A stretch of 64,000 bases of DNA from Chloroflexota bacterium (lineage in GTDB: Bacteria > Chloroflexota > Dehalococcoidia > UBA2979). This document shows positions 7,990-16,710 of this stretch, in pieces (position 1 is the stretch's first letter; every line of letters starts with the position of its first letter). The stretch is taken from the NCBI GenBank assembly GCA_947472995.1, contig CANJBO010000001.1, positions 140,361-204,360 on the forward strand, read 5' to 3'. The notes under the pieces are model-generated. The model saw only the letters and a program-made list of their open reading frames with translations. It did no database searches and was not told the origin of the DNA. The translations under genes and the position numbers were made by a program.

Positions 7990-9684
7990 ATGAGCAAGAA
8001 CCTGGTGGTCCGCTTCGCGGGCGAGGGCGGTCAGGGCGTCGTGGGCGGCTCGGAGCTGATGGCTTCGGCCGCGGCCCAGGGTGGCTACCACGTGCTGACG
8101 TTCTCGACGTACCCGTCCCAGATCAAGGGCGGGCCCGCGTGGGGCCAGGCGCGCATCTCCAGCGAGCCGGTCCTGACACCGGGCGACTACCTGGACGTGC
8201 TGGTCGCGCAGAACCGCTACGCCTACGACTTCAACGTCGAGGAGCTGCGCGAGGGCGGCATCGTCGTCTACAACTCCGAGGAGTTCGAGATCGAGGACCG
8301 CGGTCGCGTCCTCGGCCTGCCGGCCGACAAGATGGCGCGCGAGGCGGGCAACCCGCTGGCCTCCACGATCATCCTCATCGGCGCCGTCGCGAAGATGGCC
8401 GGCGTCGACATGGGCGCCCTCGAAGCCTTCATCACGAAGCGCTGGAGCCGCGGTCGCGCGGGTGACCAGGCGATCATCGACGGCAACATCGCCGCGCTGC
8501 GCATGGGCGCGGTCGAGGCGGAGAAGAGCGGCCTGACGCTGGAGGCCCTCGAGGCCCCGCCGACGCACGCCGAGACGCGCATCCTGATCCGTGGCTACGA
8601 GTCGGCCTGCCTCGGCGCGATCGCCGCCGGCCTCGACTCGTTCATCGGCTACCCGATCTCCCCGGCGACCACGATGCTGACGTACATGGAAGCGAACATG
8701 GCGGGCGAGGGCACCTTCGTCGGCCAGAGCTCCTCCGAGATCGAGTCGATCGGCGCGCTCGTCGGCGCCGGCTTCTCCGGCAAGCGCGTCATGACCTCCA
8801 CCGCCGGCCCCGGCCTCAGCCTGATGGGCGAGGGCCTCGGCCTGGCGTGGATGGCGGAGATTCCGCTGGTCGTCGCGGACGTCCAGCGCGGCGGCCCCGC
8901 CACCGGCCTCCCGACGAAGACCGAGCAGTCTGACCTGCTCTGCGCGATCAACCCCGGCCACGGCGACATGACGCTCCCGGTGATCGCCCCGGGCGACCCG
9001 GAGGAGGCGTTCTTCGCCGCCGCGAAGGCCGTCAACTGGTCCGAGCGGTACCAGGGCCCGGTCATCCTGCTCACCGAGGCCTCGATCGCCGAGCGCGCGC
9101 AGGACATCGTCATCCCGGACGCCTCGAAGATCACGAAGGAAATCCGCACGGTCTCGACGGGCGAGTTCGGCAACCTGCGCTACAAGGGCAACACGGTCTC
9201 CGGCTTCCCGGTCCCCGGCGGGCCCGGCGCGTACGTCGCCAACGGCTCCGAGCACGACGAGCAGGGCGACACCACCCACCTCCCCGAGGTGCACATCGCG
9301 ATGACCGAGCGGCGCTTCGCCAAGCTCAAGGTCCTCAACGACGGCACGTTCGAGGCGGAGAACACCAGCGCCGACGTCGTACTGCTCCCCTGGGGCGGCT
9401 CGAAGGGCGCCGGGCGCGCCGCGTGGCTCGAGCTGGCCGCCGAGGGCGTGGACATCGGCTGGTACTACACGATGTACGTGAGCCCGCTGCCCGAGGACAT
9501 GCTCGCGGCGCTGCGACAGAAGAAGCTCGTGCTGGTGCCGGAGTTGAACTACCTCGGCCAGTTCGCGGGCGTGCTGCGCCAGCAGGGTGTGAACGCCCAG
9601 GCGATCACGCAGTACACGGGCCTGCCGTTCAAGGTGTCGGACCTCAAGTCCGAGATCCGCACGCGGCTGGAGCAGAGCAAGTAA
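7990..9684 (+). CDS. korA: 2-oxoacid:ferredoxin oxidoreductase subunit alpha (fused gamma-alpha type)
   Basis: The N-terminus VVRFAGEGGQGVV (gamma-type domain) is followed by the alpha domain (GYPISPATTM, VADVQRGGPATGLPTKTEQSDL). Start at ATG 7990. The ORF-track extension to 7810 is Arg/Pro-rich and non-homologous. Confidence 0.88.
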   Translation: MSKNLVVRFAGEGGQGVVGGSELMASAAAQGGYHVLTFSTYPSQIKGGPAWGQARISSEPVLTPGDYLDVLVAQNRYAYDFNVEELREGGIVVYNSEEFEIEDRGRVLGLPADKMAREAGNPLASTIILIGAVAKMAGVDMGALEAFITKRWSRGRAGDQAIIDGNIAALRMGAVEAEKSGLTLEALEAPPTHAETRILIRGYESACLGAIAAGLDSFIGYPISPATTMLTYMEANMAGEGTFVGQSSSEIESIGALVGAGFSGKRVMTSTAGPGLSLMGEGLGLAWMAEIPLVVADVQRGGPATGLPTKTEQSDLLCAINPGHGDMTLPVIAPGDPEEAFFAAAKAVNWSERYQGPVILLTEASIAERAQDIVIPDASKITKEIRTVSTGEFGNLRYKGNTVSGFPVPGGPGAYVANGSEHDEQGDTTHLPEVHIAMTERRFAKLKVLNDGTFEAENTSADVVLLPWGGSKGAGRAAWLELAAEGVDIGWYYTMYVSPLPEDMLAALRQKKLVLVPELNYLGQFAGVLRQQGVNAQAITQYTGLPFKVSDLKSEIRTRLEQSK

Positions 9685-9755
9685 TATTCAGCCGGATTCG
9701 TCCGGCGTGTCGGTCGTCATCTCACAGTGAGTTCAGGCCAGTAAGAGGTCCGATC

Positions 9756-10631
9756 ATGAGCAAGCGAAACCCGGTCTACGACTTCAAGTGGTGCCCCGGC
9801 TGCGGCGACTTCGGTGTGAAGGTCGCCATCGAGCAGGCCCTCGGCAAGCGCGCCGTCGAGCGCAACGAGTCGATCGAGAACACCGCGATCGTCGCGGGGA
9901 TCGGCTGCTCGGGGAACCTCGTGCACCTGCAGGAGGGACCGCAGCCCTTCGGCATCCACGGCATCCACGGCCGCACGCTGCCGATCGCCTACGGCCTGAA
10001 GTCGAACCGCCCCGACATGAACGTCGTGGTCGTCTCCGGCGACGGCGACTTCCTGAGCATCGGCGCCGAGCACATCGGCCCGCAGGCGCGCCGCAACCTG
10101 GACATCACCGTCGTCGTCATGGACAACGGCATCTACGGCCTCACCAAGGGCCAGGCCTCGCCGACGACAGAGTTCGAGGTCGTCACCTCGACCACCCGCT
10201 ACGGCAAGCTGGACGACCGCATGCGCCCGCTGGAGGTCTACCTCGGCCTCGGCGTCGGCTACATCGTGTCGGAGATGTCGTCGCGCGTGAAGCAGCTGGG
10301 CGAGGCGATCAAGGAGGCGATGGAGTACCCCGGGTTCTCGATCGTCCACGTGCAGTCGCCGTGCACCACCTACAACGACACCTACGCGCTGCTCAAGGGC
10401 GACGAGAAGAACGGCATCGAGCCGCTCGCGAAGCCCATCCCGGACTCGCACGACCCGAGCGACTTCATGGCCGCCATGACGATCGCGAAGGGCAAGAGCG
10501 TGCCGATCGGCCTGCTCTACAAGCGCGAGGGCGAGAGCATCCCGGCGCACGAGCGCCTCGCTCGCGCCAAGGAGCGCACCCAGCCGCGCGAGTACACGGT
10601 CGACCAGCTGCTCGCCAGCATGACGATCTAG
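9756..10631 (+). CDS. korB: 2-oxoacid:ferredoxin oxidoreductase subunit beta (TPP-binding)
   Basis: WCPGCGDFGV and GDGDFLSIGAEH TPP-binding motifs. Start at ATG 9756 (MSKRNPVYDF). Confidence 0.9.
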   Translation: MSKRNPVYDFKWCPGCGDFGVKVAIEQALGKRAVERNESIENTAIVAGIGCSGNLVHLQEGPQPFGIHGIHGRTLPIAYGLKSNRPDMNVVVVSGDGDFLSIGAEHIGPQARRNLDITVVVMDNGIYGLTKGQASPTTEFEVVTSTTRYGKLDDRMRPLEVYLGLGVGYIVSEMSSRVKQLGEAIKEAMEYPGFSIVHVQSPCTTYNDTYALLKGDEKNGIEPLAKPIPDSHDPSDFMAAMTIAKGKSVPIGLLYKREGESIPAHERLARAKERTQPREYTVDQLLASMTI

Positions 10632-10653
10632 TTCCGCCTCGACGGAGCACCCG

Positions 10654-10687
10654 ACAGGGCGGCCACGCGGCCGCCCTGTTTTCTTCC
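10654..10687 (+). terminator. Rho-independent terminator after korB
   Basis: 11-bp GC stem acagggcggcc / ggccgccctgt with loop acgc, followed by TTTTCTT. Confidence 0.8.
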
Positions 10688-10733
10688 CGGACGTCGAGAC
10701 ATTCGATCGACGACGATCGAAGCGAGGTCGCGC

Positions 10734-11222
10734 ATGAGCATTCAACGTCACGTCACGGTGGAGGGCGTGCGCCTGCGGTTCGCCGCCGCGCACATGGCCA
10801 CGCTGGGCGACGACCTGGAGCCGCTGCACGGCCACAACTACGTCGTCCGCTGCCGCGTCGAGGGCGACCTGACCGCCGACCGCTGGGTCATCGACTTCGG
10901 CGTGCTGAAGCGCGCCGTGCGCGAGGCGTGCGAGGCGCTGGACCACCGCTTCCTGCTCCAGGCGCGCTCGACGTTGCTCCAGGCGAGCCTCGACGGGGCG
11001 ACGTGGACAGTGCGCTTCGGCGACCGGGAGTACCGCTTCCCGGCGTCGGACGTCGCGGTCCTGCCGATCGAGAACACGACCGCGGAGCTGCTGGCCCAGT
11101 GGATCGCCGACCGTGTCGACGAGGCGCTGACCGCCGGCGGGCACGGGAACGTCACGCGGATCGCCGTGGACGTCGAGGAGATGCCCGGCCAGTCCGGCGG
11201 CTACGCGCGCGACCGCGAGTAG
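10734..11222 (+). CDS. 6-pyruvoyl-tetrahydropterin synthase / QueD-like family protein
   Basis: The FAAAHMA...LHGHNYVV...WVIDFGVLK pattern is typical of the PTPS/QueD fold. 162 aa. Confidence 0.75.
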   Translation: MSIQRHVTVEGVRLRFAAAHMATLGDDLEPLHGHNYVVRCRVEGDLTADRWVIDFGVLKRAVREACEALDHRFLLQARSTLLQASLDGATWTVRFGDREYRFPASDVAVLPIENTTAELLAQWIADRVDEALTAGGHGNVTRIAVDVEEMPGQSGGYARDRE

Positions 11223-11260
11223 CGACAGCGACGCCGAGCCAAGGCGCCCGACAGTGCTCG

Positions 11261-11288
11261 TTGACAGGATACCGGGAGTTCGTACGAT
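11261..11288 (+). promoter_or_regulatory. Candidate promoter TTGACA-16-TACGAT for the 11315-12758 operon
   Basis: Perfect -35 TTGACA (11261-11266), a 16-nt spacer, then TACGAT (11283-11288). RBS GAGGAGG at 11302 and ATG at 11315. Confidence 0.55.
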
Positions 11289-11314
11289 CGAAAGAACGGT
11301 CGAGGAGGTCTGCG

Positions 11315-11860
11315 ATGCAGATCAACTGGGAAAACACGATCAACCAGATCTTCGGTGACGTCCTCACCTGCCCGCGCTGCGGGAAGGACGAGGAGCAGTT
11401 GATCATCGGCTACTCCCGGAAGCCCTCGCTCAACAAGTACGCGCCCCGGCACCGCAACTGCCCGCGCGGCGAAGACTGCGACGCCCGCAAGCTGATCACG
11501 CTCTGCGAGTCCTGCGCCCGCCTCGAAGGGCTGCCCGGCGCGCCCGTCGGCGCTGCCGAGGCGATCGAGACCTACATGCTCGACTGCCGCCGCGACCTCG
11601 AGGAGTCCCTCGACTACATCGCGGAGTACTGGCGCGACGACTACGAGCTCGGCGCGGATGACCTCGAAGCCCCGCTCGAGGAGATCGACCCGGACGTCTT
11701 CCGAGAGGAGACGCAGTGGCGGCTGCGCCTGGAGGAGGAGTACCTCCGCTACCACCGCGAGTTCCGCGACCGGAAGCGCCGCATCCCCAGCGCGGGCTGG
11801 CGCTCCGAGTACGTCGAGGAAATCCGCGCGCTCGGGTACGACACGCTGCTGGGCGACTGA
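11315..11860 (+). CDS. Hypothetical Cys-rich (zinc-ribbon / degenerate HNH-like) protein with acidic helical C-terminus, 181 aa
   Basis: RBS GAGGAGG. CPRC...HRNCPRGEDCDARKLITLCESC cysteine cluster. High GC3. The ORF-track entry 9788..11860 is a run-through of this frame. Confidence 0.6.
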   Translation: MQINWENTINQIFGDVLTCPRCGKDEEQLIIGYSRKPSLNKYAPRHRNCPRGEDCDARKLITLCESCARLEGLPGAPVGAAEAIETYMLDCRRDLEESLDYIAEYWRDDYELGADDLEAPLEEIDPDVFREETQWRLRLEEEYLRYHREFRDRKRRIPSAGWRSEYVEEIRALGYDTLLGD

Positions 11861-11868
11861 CCCGCCGC

Positions 11869-12249
11869 ATGTCCTCGCGCACCCGCTCCCTGCTCACCTC
11901 GGGCGTGGCTGTCCTCGTGCTGTTCGTCGCCGGCCTCGCCGCTGGTTATGTCTACCGATACGCCCCCGCCCGCGACACGGTCGAGGTACGCGTGACCAGC
12001 GATGCCGAACCGGGCGTCCGCACCGTGTCGGGCACCGTGAGTGCCGTCGAGGCGGGGCGCATGACGATCGCCACGGCCTCGGGGCCGGTCACGGTCACCA
12101 TCCCGGCCGGGACCGCCGCCCCGCCCGTCGAGCAGCTCGTCCACGCGCCCGAGGGCGTCACGCCCGGAGCGCGTGTGAACGTCGGCGTGCTGTCCACGCG
12201 CTACGGGCTGGTGCTCACCGGCGTCGTCGCGGTCGAGGGCGCGCGATGA
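11869..12249 (+). CDS. Membrane-anchored hypothetical protein (N-terminal TM helix plus beta-rich domain), 126 aa
   Basis: ATG 11869, 8 nt after the upstream stop. TM helix VAVLVLFVAGLAAGYVY. SGTVSAVEAGRMTIATASGPVTVTI resembles the next gene product. Confidence 0.55.
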   Translation: MSSRTRSLLTSGVAVLVLFVAGLAAGYVYRYAPARDTVEVRVTSDAEPGVRTVSGTVSAVEAGRMTIATASGPVTVTIPAGTAAPPVEQLVHAPEGVTPGARVNVGVLSTRYGLVLTGVVAVEGAR

Positions 12250-12758
12250 GGCTCCCGGCGCGGCTGGTGACGTTCCTGGTCGTGGCGGGCGCCCTCGCGG
12301 CGTTCGGCGGCGGCGCGGCGGCGGGCATGGCCCTTGGCGAGCGCGCCAGCCGTCCCGGTCACGACGAGTTGGTGCTCGCAGACCCGGCGCTCGCGGGCGC
12401 GATCGGGGAGCGCGCGCTGCGCTCCCCCGGCGGGTTCACCGGCTTCGACGGCGCGGGCAGCCTCGACGGCGCCGCGGTGCGCTCCGGAACGATCGCCGCG
12501 GTCCGCGACGGCGGGTTCGAGGTCGCCTCGGAGGGCTCGACGCTCACGCTGCGCTCGACCTCCCCGGCGCGGCTGTTCCGCATCGCGAGCCTCGCCGGGA
12601 CGCTGCGCACCGGCGACCCCGTGGTCGTCCGCGTGCGGGCCGACGGCACGGCGACCGGCATCCTGAAGGTCCCGGGCGACCTCGCCGACGGCGCGCGCCG
12701 CCCAACGGCCACGCCCTCACCGACCGCAACCGGCGCCACCTCGACGCCCGCGCGGTAG
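12246..12758 (+). CDS. Membrane-anchored hypothetical protein, paralogous to the preceding gene, Thr/Pro-rich tail, 170 aa
   Basis: ATGA start/stop overlap with the upstream gene. TM helix LVTFLVVAGALAAFGGGAAAG. SGTIAAVRDGGFEVASEGSTLTLRS...GDPVVVRVRADG. Confidence 0.55.
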   Translation: MRLPARLVTFLVVAGALAAFGGGAAAGMALGERASRPGHDELVLADPALAGAIGERALRSPGGFTGFDGAGSLDGAAVRSGTIAAVRDGGFEVASEGSTLTLRSTSPARLFRIASLAGTLRTGDPVVVRVRADGTATGILKVPGDLADGARRPTATPSPTATGATSTPAR

Positions 12759-12838
12759 CGCTATTCCGTGAGGCCCCGGCGCGTAGCGCTATTCCGTGAG
12801 GCCCCGGCGCGTATCGCTACTCCGTAAGGCGCAGCCGC
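12755..12838. repeat. 28-bp tandem repeat x3 at convergent gene ends
   Basis: gtagcgctattccgtgaggccccggcgc occurs twice perfectly (12755-12782 and 12783-12810). A third, diverged copy (12811-12838) contains the real FtsX stop and last codons. Confidence 0.85.
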
Positions 12839-15800
12839 GCGCCGGTCGCGCCGCGCATCGCCGCGCGCCACGAGGTGAGCAGCGTCACAACGACGACCGC
12901 GGTCAGCAGCCCGACGCCGACGCCGAGCGCGATCCAGTCCGTGTGCACGATGAACGGCGGCACCACGCGCTCCCCGCGCTCGGTGACCTCGAGGAAGCGC
13001 AGCATCAGCGCCGCCACCGTGCGCCCGAGAACGAGGCCGACCGCCGCACCGGCGATCAGCACGATGCCCCACTCGATGAGCAGACCGCGCAGGATCTGTG
13101 CACCGGACGCGCCCACCGCGCGCAGCACGGCGAACTCGACGGCGCGTGCCCGCGCGCTCAGCACCAGCGTGACGACGACACCAACCGCTGACAGCCCGAG
13201 CACCGCGATGAACGCGACCGAGAGGATGCCGCTCCCCGCCGCCTGCAACGTGGGGTCCGCGTTCGTATCGTCGAGCATCGACGCCTGGAGCAGCGGGTTT
13301 GACTTGATGCGGAGCGGAGCGTCGGGCAGCTCCAGCGCGCGCAGCGTCGCGCGGCGATCCTCGATCGACGCGGACTCGTGGAAGCGCAGCCAGAGCTCGT
13401 TGGGGTGACGCAGCAACGGTGCGCCGACGGTGCCCGCGATCGACTGCAGCTGGCTGTCGTTCAGCACGACGAACGGGCGGCTCGGATCGAGCGTCGGGAA
13501 GAGCTGCGCGCTGCCGTGCACCAGCACCGGCACCTGCACCCCGTTCAGCACGAGCATCGCGACGCCGCCGTCGGTCGTGCCGAACGCCGCCATCGCCGCG
13601 GGGTTCATGATCGCGCCCAGCGGCACGGCCGGATCGTTCAGCGCGAACACCTGCGTGCCCGGCGTGATCGTCCCGCTCCAGCGCCACTCGGCGAACCGGG
13701 AGCCCGAGGCCGCGTCGGTGCCGTCCACCAGGCGGAACGTGTCGTCCCGTGCCGGCGCGCCGAAGAGCGACCACGCGAACGGGCGCTCGAAGTCCTCGAT
13801 CACCGCGGCGCGGCCGGCGACACGCGCGGTGATGCGGTCGATCTGCAGCGAGCCGGCGCGCCGCAGGTCGGTCGCGATGCGCTCGCTCACCGGAACGGCG
13901 ACGAGGGTGAGCGGCGGCGTGACCCACTCGGGGATCGTCGCGACGGCGGTCGTCCAGCCCGGCGCGGCCGCCGGCACGGATGCCTCGGGCAGCTGGAACA
14001 GCGCGTCGATGATCGCGCCGTTCGCATCGCGCAGCCGCGCCTGGAGCGAGGCGCGCTCGATGTTCGTGCCGCGCAGCGACAGCCCGAGCGCGGTGGTGCC
14101 GGCGGGGAGATCGATGCCCCCGCCCGGCGGGAGGTCGCTCTGCACCTCGCGCAGCAGGTCCGTCAGCGGGCGCGCGGCGAAGTCCTCGCGTGACCAGAGC
14201 ATCGTCTGCGCGCGCGCGGGGTCGAGGGCGAGCACGGTGACGCTGCCGCCTCCCGGGGTGGTCACCGTGCCGCGGTACACGGCCGCCGCGTCCTGCACGC
14301 CGGGCAGTGCGCGCACCGCCGTCAGCCCTCGATCGCTCGCGTTGCGGTCGGGGCGGTCGATGAGCGCGCGCGCATCGACGCCGACCTCGTAGCGCACGCG
14401 CTCGTCGAGGGAGCGGCCGACGGTCGGGCCGTAGGACGCGGCGAACGTCCCAACCGACACCGACATCACCAGCAGCAGCATCAGCCGCGCGTACGCCGCC
14501 GGCGACCGCCCCGCGCGCCGCAGCCCGATCGCGACGGCCGTGCCGCGGAACAGCAGCAGCGCCGCGACGGCGAGGCGCACGATCGGCGGGTACAGCCGCA
14601 GCATGACGAGCGCCACCGCCACGGTGATCACGAGCGGCGACAGCGGCAGCAGCGGATCGGTCGACCACCCGCCCACCGATCCGGGATCGAACACGCTGCC
14701 GCGCTGCCGCAGCTGCCAGAGCAGGAACCCGGCCAGCACGACGACGCCGAGGTCGAGGTAGTACCGCTGCACGAAGCCGCGCCCCGCCGGCCGTGCCGCC
14801 TCGCGACGCGAGGCGAGGATGCCGCGGCGCGCGACGCCGTACGCCGGCACGAGGATCGCGAACAGCGCGAGCACGGCGCCAGTCGCACCGAGCAGCACGG
14901 CGATCGGCGTGACGCTCGCGACCAGCGGGGCGCCGCCGGTGATCGTCGCGAACATCGGCGTGCGCCCGATCGCCTCGACGATGCGCGCGGCGAGCCACGG
15001 GCCGGCGAGCGCCGCCGGCAGCGCGAGCAGCGCGCCCTCGACGAGGTGCTGGCCGAGCAGCTGGCCGGTCGTCGCGCCGCGACTGCGCAGCACGCCGATC
15101 TCCTCGGCCTGCCGGTCGAGCAGCATCGCCATCACCATCACCACGTAGTAGAGGACGATGCCGACGACCTGGAGCAGGATCAGCAGCAGCGGGATCTGCG
15201 AGAACGTCTGCGTGTTGCGGAACCCCTGCAGCACGTCCAGCGTGGCGAAGTTCCACGAGGCGAACAGCTGGAGCCGCTCCGTCACGTCGGTGCGCCACGC
15301 GAGGAGATCGTCGATCGCGCGGGGCACCTCGACGAGGCGCAACGCGCGCGCGTCGAGGACGACGCCGGTGCGCTGCCGCGTGCCCAGCTCGGGCATGCGC
15401 GCGGCGAACGCGCCGTAAAACTGCTCGCGCGTCGTGATCAGCGACATCCCGCGCTCCTCGGCGCTGAGCAGCGGCGCACCGGGCACGGGCGCGGGTGCCT
15501 GCGCGCCGCGCGGGGTCGGCTGCTCCGGCACGCGCCAGCCGCCGGCGAAGTTCTGCCAGCGCAGGTCGCCTGCGTCGCGCGGGCGCACGAAGCCGACGAT
15601 CGTGGCGGTGCCGCTCATCGCGCCGACGATCGTCGGCTCGCAGATCACCTCGTCGCGCGCGACCGCGGCGTCCTGCGACGGCGGCACGTGCGCGCAGTCG
15701 TCGTACGACGGCCCGCCGAGGCGCACGGTGTCCCCGACCTTCGCGTGGCGCTGGAAGCCGTCGGGCAGCACGACCTCGAGGCCCGCGCTCGACGGGCCGG

Positions 15801-16254
15801 GCAGGCGTCCCTCGACGACCTCGGTGTGCTGCTCGAAGCCGGAGAGTACGTACACATAGGCGCCCCAGCGAGGACGCGTCGCGCCGCCGGCAGCAGCGTC
15901 AGTGCCGAGGAACGTCAGGTCGAGGGCCGGCGTCTTGTCCTCGGTCACCGTGGCGCCGAGCCAGCCGACACGCGCCTCCAGCACGCGCTCCAGCGCGTCG
16001 CGGCGTGCGCGGTCGGCCGGGTTGCCGAGCAGCAGCCGGTCGACCTCGATGTACGCGAGGTGGTCGGAGGGCCGGGGGAGCTGCCGCTCGAGGCGGAAGC
16101 GCAGCCCGAGGTCGCTCATCGCGGCGGCGTAGATCGGCGTGACGGCGAGCAGCGTGGCCGCGACGAGGACGCCGAGCGCGGCGACCAGCATCAGCCGCCC
16201 GTTCGCGAGCAGCCGCCGCACCGCGAAGCGCCAGCCGGCCAGGAGATCGCCCAC
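12817..16254 (-). CDS. Large ABC-transporter permease of the FtsX/MacB type (two FtsX domains, large extracytoplasmic regions), 1145 aa
   Basis: The N-terminus AGWRFAVRRLLANGRLMLVAALGVLVAATLL and repeated 4-TM FtsX-like blocks (for example RSRGATTGQLLGQHLVEGALLA and LRAVGASGAQILRGLLIEWGIVL). There is no adjacent ATPase gene. Confidence 0.75.
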   Translation of the reverse strand: MGDLLAGWRFAVRRLLANGRLMLVAALGVLVAATLLAVTPIYAAAMSDLGLRFRLERQLPRPSDHLAYIEVDRLLLGNPADRARRDALERVLEARVGWLGATVTEDKTPALDLTFLGTDAAAGGATRPRWGAYVYVLSGFEQHTEVVEGRLPGPSSAGLEVVLPDGFQRHAKVGDTVRLGGPSYDDCAHVPPSQDAAVARDEVICEPTIVGAMSGTATIVGFVRPRDAGDLRWQNFAGGWRVPEQPTPRGAQAPAPVPGAPLLSAEERGMSLITTREQFYGAFAARMPELGTRQRTGVVLDARALRLVEVPRAIDDLLAWRTDVTERLQLFASWNFATLDVLQGFRNTQTFSQIPLLLILLQVVGIVLYYVVMVMAMLLDRQAEEIGVLRSRGATTGQLLGQHLVEGALLALPAALAGPWLAARIVEAIGRTPMFATITGGAPLVASVTPIAVLLGATGAVLALFAILVPAYGVARRGILASRREAARPAGRGFVQRYYLDLGVVVLAGFLLWQLRQRGSVFDPGSVGGWSTDPLLPLSPLVITVAVALVMLRLYPPIVRLAVAALLLFRGTAVAIGLRRAGRSPAAYARLMLLLVMSVSVGTFAASYGPTVGRSLDERVRYEVGVDARALIDRPDRNASDRGLTAVRALPGVQDAAAVYRGTVTTPGGGSVTVLALDPARAQTMLWSREDFAARPLTDLLREVQSDLPPGGGIDLPAGTTALGLSLRGTNIERASLQARLRDANGAIIDALFQLPEASVPAAAPGWTTAVATIPEWVTPPLTLVAVPVSERIATDLRRAGSLQIDRITARVAGRAAVIEDFERPFAWSLFGAPARDDTFRLVDGTDAASGSRFAEWRWSGTITPGTQVFALNDPAVPLGAIMNPAAMAAFGTTDGGVAMLVLNGVQVPVLVHGSAQLFPTLDPSRPFVVLNDSQLQSIAGTVGAPLLRHPNELWLRFHESASIEDRRATLRALELPDAPLRIKSNPLLQASMLDDTNADPTLQAAGSGILSVAFIAVLGLSAVGVVVTLVLSARARAVEFAVLRAVGASGAQILRGLLIEWGIVLIAGAAVGLVLGRTVAALMLRFLEVTERGERVVPPFIVHTDWIALGVGVGLLTAVVVVTLLTSWRAAMRGATGARLRLTE

Positions 16255-16339
16255 GTGGCCCCCTCGGCGGCGAGTGTATCGGAACCTCGCCCGGCGTCGT
16301 GGCGCGGGATAGCATGGTGGGGCACGAAAGGGACACGAC

Positions 16340-16606
16340 GTGGCCGACTCCGCAGGCAGGCGATCGCTGCCGTTGCCGCTCGGCGCCGCCGTGGCCGGGT
16401 TCGCCTGGGGCTACCTGCACCACCGCGCGCACCCTCGGCGGACGTCGCTGGCGCTGATGCAGGGCGTCGAGTGGTTCATCGCGTGCGGCGGCGCCGCCCT
16501 GCTCGTGCAGGTGCTGCGGAGCGGCCTCGACCCCGACGACCTCGAGGAGCTGACGGAGCGGGTGACGCACTCGCTCCAGACGATCACGGACCGCCCCGGG
16601 CGGTAG
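16340..16606 (+). CDS. Small hypothetical membrane protein (88 aa)
   Basis: GTG start, two hydrophobic segments and high GC3. No recognised family. Confidence 0.4.
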   Translation: MADSAGRRSLPLPLGAAVAGFAWGYLHHRAHPRRTSLALMQGVEWFIACGGAALLVQVLRSGLDPDDLEELTERVTHSLQTITDRPGR

Positions 16607-16710
16607 CGCGGGCCCGAGGGGCGCGCTGGCCGGTGATCCGGCACGCTGCTACGGTTGGCCGAGCCCACCACCATCACCCACCCACCGATCGCCTGCCTCG
16701 CGAGGACCGC

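Noticed and set aside
12755-12838. Considered the 28-bp direct repeats as a mini CRISPR array.
   Set aside because: The units are directly adjacent with no spacers. The third unit is simply the 3' end of the FtsX gene, and there are no cas genes in the window.
12761-15298. Very long ORFs antisense to or out of frame with the called genes. Examples: 12761..15298, 9717..11144, 15046..17541 (N-terminal part), 24933..27575, 28435..31095, 43871..46198 (upstream part), 51315..54500, 57408..59681 and 62441..63907.
   Set aside because: Their translations are Arg/Ala/Pro/Gly-rich low-complexity sequences with no family motifs. They overlap ORFs on the other strand or frame that carry unambiguous catalytic motifs. 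Such shadow ORFs are expected at about 70% GC, where stop codons are rare.
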